Assembly (NCBI GenBank): GCA_040904565.1
Contig: JBBDTI010000030.1
Coordinates: 78,439 to 142,438, forward strand
Direction: 5' to 3'
DNA length: 64,000 nt
Source of the DNA: Rhodothermales bacterium
GTDB lineage: Bacteria; Bacteroidota; Rhodothermia; Rhodothermales; VXPQ01
A program made the translations under genes and the position numbers. Positions within the stretch are counted from its first letter, which is position 1, and the number at the start of each line of letters is the position of its first letter. Under the pieces are notes generated by a model. That model saw only the letters and a program-made list of their open reading frames with translations, made no database searches and was not told where the DNA came from. This document shows positions 39,476 to 48,086 of the stretch, piece by piece.

Positions 39476-39754
39476 TCAGTCCTCGGGAAAAAAATTCTTC
39501 AAAAGGGCCAGCTCGACCTCTTTCTTACCGAGCATCTGCTCGAGCTTAGCGATCTTATCGTCTTTCTCCTTCACGACATCGTCGCCGCCGAAGACCTTCG
39601 CGCCTTCCTCCTGAAACGTCTTCTTCCACTTCGAGAGCGTGACCGGATGGACGTCGTAGGCCCGCGCCATCTCCGCGTTCGTCCTCTCGCCCTGCAGGGC
39701 TTCGAGGACGACCTTGAACTTGAATGATGCGCTGTACTTTCGTCTCTTCCCCAT
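39476..39754 (-). CDS. IS3 transposase OrfA (HTH)
   Basis: RRKYSASFKFKVVLEAL...ARAYDVHPVTLSKWKK; orfB is in the -1 frame. Confidence 0.92.
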   Translation of the reverse strand: MGKRRKYSASFKFKVVLEALQGERTNAEMARAYDVHPVTLSKWKKTFQEEGAKVFGGDDVVKEKDDKIAKLEQMLGKKEVELALLKNFFPED

Positions 39755-40074
39755 AAGATCTCCTTTTGTTCTTTGGGGGAAGATACCGGCTCCTGCCGTC
39801 TTTCTCAGATCAGCCTCTTAGCCATCCAACTGGTACAGCTTCTGGGGGGCGGCCCCAACGGCCTCTTGCGTAGCGGAGCAAGGCTTGCGGCGGTTTGCTG
39901 CAGCGTTATGTAGCGGTCTGGATCGTAAGCTGTTCTACGCGCGTGGGTTGGAAGGAGGTGGCGTGGGCGCGGTTGGGGGTTTTTGCCCCAGAAAGGGGGC
40001 GTTTCCGTAGCGGGAGGACAGACGTGTCCGCCGGCCCTTTGCGGGGCCTGGCTTCGCGGCGCCGGGCGGGCGGA

Positions 40075-41176
40075 TTAGGCGTAGTCGAAATCGAATGAGG
40101 TCTGAGGCCGTGGCCGTGGGGGCGCGACCGGCGGTGAGCGTGACGTGAGTCCTACGCCTTCGAGGTAGGTGCAAATCGCAGGCGGGTGCGTGAGCGCGGC
40201 GATGATCTTCATCGTACCGCCGCAGTCCGGGCAGAGCGTGACGTCGACGCGGAAGACGCGTGCGAGCAGGCGTGCCCAGGAGAGCCGGTAGGAGGGTCTA
40301 GGGTATGGGTTGAGGTCGCGTGGGAACACGGCGCCTCAGAACCGGCCTCTTCCGGACGGGGTCCCGGCACGATGTGCTCCCGCCCGGCAGCGTTCGGGGC
40401 GAGGACGCCGTGGTAGCGGACGAGGTTGAGGCGGGGACGTGGAATGAGGGTAGCGAGCTTTTACTAGCGTGAGTCGCACGCTGTGCGTGCTCGTCTCGAT
40501 GAGTTCCAGAGGCGAGAGCAGCAGGTGCGGGCACGAAGACGGGCGTGCCGCTGCGGCCTTCGACGAAGACGCCGTCGGGTATGAGGACGTGAAAGTGCGG
40601 GTTGAGGTTGAAGGCCGAGCCGCAGCGCTGCACGAAAGTGACCGAGCCGCAGCGCGAGTCGTCGTGGCCATCTTCGCGAGCCCGACGCCGATACCAACCG
40701 TAGACCACCCGCAGGAAGACCGCCAACACGGCGCTGAGGAGGTCGCCGTCCCAAGCCAGCCGGAACCGGATCTCGTAGCGTAGACTGAGCACCTACTGAC
40801 GCACCGGCACCTCCGGCAGCACCTCGTCAGTGAGTCGGGCGGCGGTGTCGGCCATGCGGCGCCCGGTGCAGCTCGGGCAGAAGCCGCGCTTCTTGCACGA
40901 GAAGGCCACGACGCGGCTTTGGCCGCAGTATTGACAGCGAGCGCGCAGGAAGCCGAAAGAGAGAATCCCGCATTCCACGTAGGCCCGAAGTTCGCGTTCC
41001 ACGTAGGCCGGGAGGTGACGGTCGGAGGATCGCGTGCGCTCCAGGAAGGTTTCCAGGTGTTCGGCCATCACCTGGTAGAGAGGTTCCGTCTCGGGTGTGC
41101 GGCGGTGGTAGCAATGGTGGAGTGTCGGCCTTCCGGCCGATCTGCGCTCGCCGGCAAAGGCTGGAAAGACAGGCAT
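40075..41176 (-). pseudogene. IS91-family transposase, inactivated
   Basis: Zn finger FSCKKRGFCPSC, VRQ*VLS (nonsense at expected Trp), HUH NLNPHFHVL, RYHGVLAPN, WARLLARVF..CPDCGG. The central catalytic-Tyr region appears deleted and there are frameshifts. Confidence 0.9.
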
Positions 41177-41230
41177 GCCCGACTCCTATTGAACAATCGA
41201 AGGTCGTGCCCGATCCTGTTGCGGGCCGCT

Positions 41231-41460
41231 CTATTCACATAGACACCGGGGCTGAACTCGGGGATGTCGGTGGTGAAGAGCTCGGTCACGTCCACCACCG
41301 GCGCGCCGGTGGCGCCGATCGCCTTCACGGGGAACGACGCCAGCACCGGCGCCAGGCGCGCGTTCTGCACCGCGGTGTAGATGGGATCGGTGGAGTCGGC
41401 GGCGATCTCGTACATCTCGTTCCGCAAGAGCACCCGATCGCCGACCCGCTCTCAGCGAAC
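41231..41460 (-). pseudogene. Fragment of a DUF5117/DUF5118-type zinc metalloprotease N-terminal region
   Basis: RVGDRVLLRNEMYEIAADSTDPIYTAVQN...VVDVTELFTTDIPEFSP with no proper start. Confidence 0.55.
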
Positions 41461-41502
41461 CACGCGGCTGTCGAGCTTCTGGCCGCCGCCCGTCAAACGG
41501 TC

Positions 41503-42807
41503 TCAACGCCCGTCGTCGTAGGCCGGGCGCGGAGTGTCGTCGAGCGACCGGTAGCGCTCCAGGAGCGCCTTCTGGCGCGAGTTCTCCGGTTGGACCCGGC
41601 CGCGGATCACTACTGCGTCCGGCCAGGTGGAGAGCTCGAGCGGATCCCCGCTCCACACCACCAAGTTGGCGACCTTGCCGGGCTCAATCGAACCGTACCC
41701 GTCGGCGATCCCGTAGATTTCCGCGGGCGCAAGCGTGATCGCCCGCAGCGCGGCGTCCCACGGCAGCCCGAAACGAACGGCGTTGCCCGCCTCCTGGGTG
41801 ATCTCGTTGGCGCGGTAGTTGTCGAACGTGGTGAACGCGATCGGCACCCCGGCGGCGTGGAGGATCGTGGCGTTGTCGAACCGGGCGCCGAGCTGCTCGA
41901 AGTCGCCGGGGAGGCTCGTCAGCGGCTTGAGGATCACCGGAACGCCCGCCTCGGCAAGCCGGTCGGCGACCGTCCACGCCTCGCTGCCGCCCAGGATGAC
42001 GGGCCGCACGCCGAACTCGCGGGCGAGCTCGAGCACGGCCAGGATGTCGCTCGGGCGGTGCGCCCGGACGATCAGCGGCATCGTCCCCTCCAGCACCGGC
42101 TGGAGCGCCTCGAGGTCGAGGCGCGACTGCGCCAGATCGCGCGACTGGCCGCGATCGAAGGCGGACCGGTTGGCGCGCCAGAAGCGGGCGTCCTCGAGGA
42201 GCTCGCGCATCCGCACGATCGCCCCGCCGCGAGCGCCGCCGGCCGCCGCGGCGCCGCTCTCGCCGTAGGAGGCGAGCATCGCCACGCGGGGCCGCACCAG
42301 CATCGCATCGGGGGTCTCGCCGGCGAGATCGATCACTGCCGCCTGGCCGGCCACCAGCCCGCCGTTGGGGGTGGTGGCGACGGTGGTCAGACCGCCCGAG
42401 CGGGCGTAGGGGATCAGGGTCGACCACGGATTGAGCGCCACGCTCGGATCGAACGCGGCGGTGATCGGGTCGTCGTCGTCGGCCAGCCGCTGGTCGCGGG
42501 TCTGCGACACTAGGTCGACCTCGACCAGCCCGATCTGGGAGTTGGGGTCGAACAGCCCGGGCGTCACGACCTTGCCGGCGCCGTCGATGCGCCGGACCGC
42601 GTCGGGGACGGCGACGTCGCTTCCGACGGCCGCGATCCGCCCGTCGCGGACGATGACGGTCGCATTCTCGATCGATGGCCCGCTCACGGGGTGGACGGTG
42701 GCCCCGACGATCGCGAGATCCTGCGCGTCGGAGCGATCGGGGAACAGCAGCAGGGCCGCCGCCGCGACGGCGGCGAAGAGCACGGTGTGGGAGATCCGGA
42801 AGCTCAT
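41503..42807 (-). CDS. Exported amidohydrolase-family protein (second subunit of a tandem pair)
   Basis: Signal peptide; IDGAGKVVTPGLFDPNSQIG (no HxH); GSIEPGKVANLVVWSGDPL. Confidence 0.85.
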   Translation of the reverse strand: MSFRISHTVLFAAVAAAALLLFPDRSDAQDLAIVGATVHPVSGPSIENATVIVRDGRIAAVGSDVAVPDAVRRIDGAGKVVTPGLFDPNSQIGLVEVDLVSQTRDQRLADDDDPITAAFDPSVALNPWSTLIPYARSGGLTTVATTPNGGLVAGQAAVIDLAGETPDAMLVRPRVAMLASYGESGAAAAGGARGGAIVRMRELLEDARFWRANRSAFDRGQSRDLAQSRLDLEALQPVLEGTMPLIVRAHRPSDILAVLELAREFGVRPVILGGSEAWTVADRLAEAGVPVILKPLTSLPGDFEQLGARFDNATILHAAGVPIAFTTFDNYRANEITQEAGNAVRFGLPWDAALRAITLAPAEIYGIADGYGSIEPGKVANLVVWSGDPLELSTWPDAVVIRGRVQPENSRQKALLERYRSLDDTPRPAYDDGR

Positions 42808-44245
42808 TGCGACCCCCCTTCCGACGCGCTCGGCATCGGCAGGCCGGTCTCGAAGTCGGTGACGGGCTTGAGCCCGGTCAGCCGATCGTACACCAGCGCC
42901 CCGTCGATGAAGACCTGGTCGGCGTGGGAGTAGACGCTGAACGGGTCTCCCGACCAGATCATCATGTCGGCATTCTTGCCGGGCTCGAGCGTGCCGGTCT
43001 TCTCCGACAGACCCAGCGCCCAGGCGGGATTGGCGGTGATCCACCGCAGCGCCGCGTCCCGGCTCACGTCGATCCCCGCGCGCCGCCCGGCCCACATCGC
43101 GTGGGCGGCATCCTGGTTCATGATCGGATCCCCATCGCGTCGTCGGTGTGGAGGATCGCCGGCGCCCCGGCCTCCTCGAGCAGCGCCAGGTTCTGCGGCA
43201 CCATGTCGAACGCCTCCATCTTGAACCCCCACCAATCGTACCACACGCTTGCGCCGATCGAGTCGCGGGCGAGCAGGTCACGGATCTTGTACGCCTCCAC
43301 GCCGTGGTGGAACGAGCGCACCTGGAAGCCGAACTCCCGCGACAGGTTGACCATGTTCGTCATGTCGTCGGAGCGGTAGCAGTGATTGTGGACCAGGACG
43401 TTGCCCCGCAGCACCTCGGCGAGGGTCTCGTTGGCGAGGTCCCGCGAGGGCTTCTCGCCGCCCTTTTCGACCCACTCGTCCCATTTCTTGCGGTACTCCT
43501 GGGCGGCGATGAACGCCTGGCGGTACCCCGCCCAGTTGCCCATCCGGGTCGACGGGCCGTCGTCGTCGTAGACCCGTTTGGGGTTCTCGCCGCACGCCAT
43601 CTTGAGCGCCATCGGCGCGTTGGGCCACATCATCGCCTGCGCGCTTCGGGCTGGGATCGGCTTCAACGTGACCCCCCGGCCGCCGATCAGGTTGGCGCTG
43701 CCGGGGAGGATCTGGAGCGTGGTGACCCCGCCGGCGATCGCGCGGGTGAAGCCCGGGTCGTTTGGCCACACCGAGTGAACCGCCCACACCTCGGCGGTCG
43801 TCGGGTCGGTGGCCTCGTTTCCCTCGGAATGGGCCGAGACGCTCGGCGACGGGTAGACCCCGAGATGCGAGTGGGTGTCGATGAGGACCGGCGTGACCCA
43901 GCGACCGGAGGCATCGATGACCTCGGCGCCGGCCGGCGCGTCCAGATTGGCGCCGACCGCCTCGATCCGGCCGTCGCGCATCAGCACGTCGCCCCCGGCG
44001 ATCTCCTCGCCGGCGGCGGTCATGACGGTGGCGTCCTTGATCAGGGTCGGGCGCGAGGGGAGCGGCTCGTAGGTGGACTCCCAGGCGCCGTTCTGCATGC
44101 CGGCCAGGGCGCGACGCGTCTCGACCTCGCTGCGCGTTTCGTCGGTATCGTCGCTGGTTCGCGTCTGCGCGCCGGTGGTGGCGCAGCCCGCCACCAAGGC
44201 GATGAGTGCGCAGACGAGACCGGCTCGCTACCAGGGGTTTGCCAT
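42804..44245 (-). pseudogene. Amidohydrolase lipoprotein with nonsense codon and frameshift
   Basis: [20 protein letters not shown]; IDTHSHLG; KMACGENPK; 1-nt loss near 43126 (GI/IMNQDAA). Confidence 0.82.
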
Positions 44246-44278
44246 TCTTCCTCCATGGGCGCGATGAAGAGATGTCCG

Positions 44279-44620
44279 GCGGATAGGAAGAATAAACGGC
44301 TTCTTTCGTAGGGGTGCAAGGTCTGCGGTGGCCTGCCTGGCGTGTGCCGCAGTTTATTTGTAGCGGTCTGGATCGTAAGCCGTCATACGCGCGCAGGTCG
44401 GAAGGAGGTGGCGCGTGCGGTCAGGGCATTTCCCCCCCGGCGCGCGGGCGTTTCCTTAGCGGGAGGACGGACGTGTCCGCCAGACCTACTCCGTCGAGGT
44501 AGGTACGAGTCGAAGGGGGATCTGTCAGCGCGGCGATGAACTTCATCGTGCCGCCGCAGTCCGGACAGACCGTGACGTCGACGCGGAAGACGCGTGCGAG
44601 CAGGCGTGCCTCAGGAACCA
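44279..44620 (-). mobile_element. Miniature non-autonomous IS91/ISCR derivative
   Basis: oriIS-like 19-mer, 3' UTR similar to 39860-40032 (TGTAGCGGTCTGGATCGTAAGC, GGAAGGAGGTGGCG), and fragment ARLLARVFRVDVTVCPDCGGTMK. Confidence 0.85.
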
Positions 44621-44732
44621 CCAGGCGGCGGCAATCTGTCGCCCGGACGCTCATCTACATTGCGATTGCTCGCCTCGGGCGATAGCTTTCGTCACGCATA
44701 TCGCATCGACAAGTAACGTAACGGCCGGCATA

Positions 44733-47700
44733 ATGTCTCGTCTCCTCTGCTTCGTCACGCTCGCCGCCCTAGTAACCGCCTGGCCTGCAATCGCTCAGGA
44801 GGAGGATGCCGGCGGAGATGCCGCACTTCCCATCGAGCCGGCCCGGACCATCGAATTCACGACCAACGAGGCAACCTGGCTCTCGCTCGACGTCTCGCCC
44901 GACGGGCAATCCATCCTCCTCGAGCTTCTGGGCGATCTCTACACGGTGCCCGTCGAGGGCGGTGAGGCGGCCCGCCTCACGAGCGGCATGGCATTCGACT
45001 CCCAGCCGCGCTACGCGCCCGACGGCGAGCGGATCGCCTTCATCAGTGACCGCCACGGCTCCGAAAACCTGTGGATCATGGATGCCGACGGAACCGAACC
45101 GCGCAAGCTGAGCAGCGACGCCGACGCACTTTTCGCGTCACCCGCCTGGATGCCCGAGGGCGACTACGTCGTCGCGTCCCGCTCGACGTGGGGTTTGCGC
45201 ACGTACGAGCTCTGGATGTATCACGTAGACGGCGGCAAGGGCGTCCGCGTCACGACCGCTAAATCGTCTGACGACACGCCCACATCCCAGCGGCATAACG
45301 CGCTCGGGGCGACCATATCGCACGACGGGCGCTATGTCTATTACGCTCGAAAGCAGGGCGGCTTCGGCTACAACGTCGACCTCCCCCTCTGGCAGGTCGC
45401 GCGGCGCGATCTCCAGTCGGGCCAGGAGGACGTGCTGACGCAGGCCGCCGGAAGCGCGATGCGTCCGCTCGTCTCGCCGGACGGCCGACGGCTCGTCTAC
45501 GGCACCCGCGACGATGCTCAGACGGGCCTTCGGGTGCGGGACCTCGAGACCGGCGAGGATCGCTGGCTCATCTACCCCGTCACGCGGGACGATCAGGAGT
45601 CTCGCTTCACGCGCGACCTCCTTCCCGGCTACGCGTTTATGCCCGACGGCGAATCCGTCGTCGTCTCCTTCGACGGGAGGATCCGCGAGGTGGAGCTGGC
45701 GGACGGCAGCGTGCGGGAGATCCCATTCACAGCCGAGGTGGCGCTGGATCTCGGACCACGCCTCTACTTTCCATACGCCGTTGAGGAGGATGCGGTGCGT
45801 GCGCGCATCATTCAGGATCCGTCTCAGTCGCCCAACGGGGACAGGATCGCCTTCTCGGCCCTCACGCATCTCTACGTGATGGACCTCCCCGACGGCGCCC
45901 CGCAGCGCGGCATGACGTCTGATCAGCGGCAGTTCCAGCCGGCCTGGTCGCCGGACGGTCGTTGGATCGCCTACGTAACGTGGGAAGATGGAGAGGGTCA
46001 CCTGTGGAGAACGCCTGCGGACGGCAGCAGTCCTCCCGAACAACTCACCGAAGTGCCCGCCTTTTATGCGGACCCGGCCTGGTCCCCGGATGGATCCACC
46101 ATCGTCGCCCTGCGCGGCTCCGCCTATATGCGGGCGGCGGCGGAGGATGAATTTTTCGGCTTCAGCATCCCCATGGAAATCATTAGGATCCCGGCCGGCG
46201 GCGGCGCAGCAGAAGTCGTGCTGCCGGCCCGGGGCCTCGGCAAGCCCCACTTCGGAGCCGACCCGAATCGCGTATATGTCTACGACCTGGGCTTCGAGCA
46301 GGGAGGCGGGCAGGGCCTCGTCTCCATGCGGCTCGACGGCACGGACCGCCGCGCACACGTCAAGGTCACCGGGAAAGGCATCTATTCGCACGAACAGCCC
46401 GTCTCGGCGATCGACGCGCGCATCAGTCCGAACGGGCGCTGGATCCTGGCTCACGTCCAGAACCAGCTCTACCTCGCGGCCGTGCCGCGCGTCGGAGGTG
46501 ACGCACCTACGGTAGACGTCAGCTCGCCGTCCGTACCTGTGAAAAAGCTTACCGACGTCGGCGCGGACTATTTCGGCTGGGCCGACAGCGGAGAAACGAT
46601 CACGTGGGCCGTCGGCTCGACGTTCTACCGGCAGCCGCTCGATTCGGTCTCGTTCGACACGACGCAGGCCGGAAATATCGCGCCCGACGCGTTCGAAGCC
46701 GAGGTCGTACGGCCGCGCGCCGCACCGTCCGGCACGGTCGTGCTGCGAGGCACGCGCGCGATCACGATGCGCGGGGACGAGATCATCGAAGAGGCAGACG
46801 TCGTCGTACGCGACAACCGCATCGTGGCCGTCGGCCCGACGGGGACCCTCGAATTTCCCTCGGGAGCGGAAGTCGTCGACGTGCGCCGCACGACGACCGT
46901 GCCGGGCTTCGTCGACACGCACGCCCACTGGGCGGAGGTGCGGAAGGGCGTGCTCGACGTGCAGAACTGGAGCTTCCTTGCCAACCTTGCCTTCGGGGTC
47001 ACCTCCGGACTCGACGTACAGACTATGACGAACGACATGTTCGCGTATCAGGATCTCGTCGAGACGGGGGACATCCTGGGCCCGCGGGCTTACTCAACCG
47101 GTCCGGGCATCTTCTCCAATAACGTCTTCGAATCGGTGGAAGAGGCCGAAGGCGTGCTCCGCAAATACAGGGAGCATTATCGCACGCGCAACCTCAAGCA
47201 GTACATCGCCGGCAACCGTAAGCAGCGGCAGTTCGTCGCCATGGCCGCCCACGAGCTGCAGATGATGCCAACGACGGAGGGCGCCCTGGATCTGAAGCTT
47301 GACCTGACGCACGCCATCGACGGCTTCAGCGGCAACGAGCACGCGCTGCCCATCGTGCCCCTTTACCGGGATGTCGTCGAGCTCATGGCACGGTCGCGGA
47401 TGGCCTACACCCCGACGCTGCTCGTTCAGTACGGCGGACCGTGGGCCGAGAACTACTTCTATACGACCGGCGAGGTGCACGAGAACGAAAAGCTAAACCG
47501 CTTCGTGCCTCACCATCTGATCGATGCGAAGACGAGACGCCGGCCATGGTTTCGGGAGGATCAGTACGTGTTCGATGAAACGGCGCAGCAGGCTGCCAAG
47601 ATCGTGCGCGCCGGCGGGCGCGTCGGCGTCGGAAGCCACGGCCAGCTCCAGGGTCTCGGCTACCACTGGGAGCTCTGGGCGCTCGCCACGGCCTTCACGC

Positions 47701-47978
47701 CCATGGAGGCGCTGCGCGCTGCCACGCTCCACGGGGCCGAGATCATAGGTATCGCGGAGGACGTGGGCAGCATCGAACCCGGCAAGCTGGCCGACCTGGT
47801 GGTGCTGGAGTCGAACCCGCTCGACGACATCCGCAACACCGTCGACATCCGCTACGTGGTGAAGAACGGCGAGCTGTTCGAAGCCGACACGCTGACGCGG
47901 ATCTGGCCGTCGCAAGAGGAGCTGGAGCCGCTCTGGTTCTGGGACGAGCAGCCTGCGGCCCGGCCAGGGGCACGGTAA
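44733..47978 (+). CDS. Amidohydrolase with N-terminal TolB-like (PD40) beta-propellers
   Basis: Signal peptide; repeated PAWSPDG; PGFVDTHAH; GSIEPGKLADLVVL. Confidence 0.92.
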   Translation: MSRLLCFVTLAALVTAWPAIAQEEDAGGDAALPIEPARTIEFTTNEATWLSLDVSPDGQSILLELLGDLYTVPVEGGEAARLTSGMAFDSQPRYAPDGERIAFISDRHGSENLWIMDADGTEPRKLSSDADALFASPAWMPEGDYVVASRSTWGLRTYELWMYHVDGGKGVRVTTAKSSDDTPTSQRHNALGATISHDGRYVYYARKQGGFGYNVDLPLWQVARRDLQSGQEDVLTQAAGSAMRPLVSPDGRRLVYGTRDDAQTGLRVRDLETGEDRWLIYPVTRDDQESRFTRDLLPGYAFMPDGESVVVSFDGRIREVELADGSVREIPFTAEVALDLGPRLYFPYAVEEDAVRARIIQDPSQSPNGDRIAFSALTHLYVMDLPDGAPQRGMTSDQRQFQPAWSPDGRWIAYVTWEDGEGHLWRTPADGSSPPEQLTEVPAFYADPAWSPDGSTIVALRGSAYMRAAAEDEFFGFSIPMEIIRIPAGGGAAEVVLPARGLGKPHFGADPNRVYVYDLGFEQGGGQGLVSMRLDGTDRRAHVKVTGKGIYSHEQPVSAIDARISPNGRWILAHVQNQLYLAAVPRVGGDAPTVDVSSPSVPVKKLTDVGADYFGWADSGETITWAVGSTFYRQPLDSVSFDTTQAGNIAPDAFEAEVVRPRAAPSGTVVLRGTRAITMRGDEIIEEADVVVRDNRIVAVGPTGTLEFPSGAEVVDVRRTTTVPGFVDTHAHWAEVRKGVLDVQNWSFLANLAFGVTSGLDVQTMTNDMFAYQDLVETGDILGPRAYSTGPGIFSNNVFESVEEAEGVLRKYREHYRTRNLKQYIAGNRKQRQFVAMAAHELQMMPTTEGALDLKLDLTHAIDGFSGNEHALPIVPLYRDVVELMARSRMAYTPTLLVQYGGPWAENYFYTTGEVHENEKLNRFVPHHLIDAKTRRRPWFREDQYVFDETAQQAAKIVRAGGRVGVGSHGQLQGLGYHWELWALATAFTPMEALRAATLHGAEIIGIAEDVGSIEPGKLADLVVLESNPLDDIRNTVDIRYVVKNGELFEADTLTRIWPSQEELEPLWFWDEQPAARPGAR

Positions 47979-48086
47979 GCGCCGTCGATCCGTGCGGAAA
48001 TTGCCATCTACGGCCGCCGCCGCACGCGTGTGATCGCCCGCGAGCTGGAGAGCCAGGGGCGGGAGACCGGGGCGTCGTACCCGGGA

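Larger units (their letters stand above)
38528..39856 (-). mobile_element. IS3-family insertion sequence, 1329 bp, apparently intact
   Basis: Imperfect 29-bp IRs sharing AGAA..TGTACCAGTT; AAC direct repeat on both sides; orfA plus orfB. Confidence 0.9.
38490..41230 (-). mobile_element. Degenerate IS91/ISCR rolling-circle element, interrupted by an IS3
   Basis: oriIS-like end (minus strand GTTTATTCTTCCTATCCGC) downstream of an HUH/Y2 transposase pseudogene. The terIS boundary is not identified, so the right coordinate is approximate. Confidence 0.75.

Noticed and set aside
9798-44245. Multiple in-frame TAG codons (VOC, serine hydrolase x2, IS91 transposase, amidohydrolase) suggesting stop-codon reassignment
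   Set aside because: They fall at positions expected to be different residues (Gln, Trp, others), co-occur with TAA stops, frameshifts and deletions, and many intact genes here end in TAG. Ordinary decay explains them.
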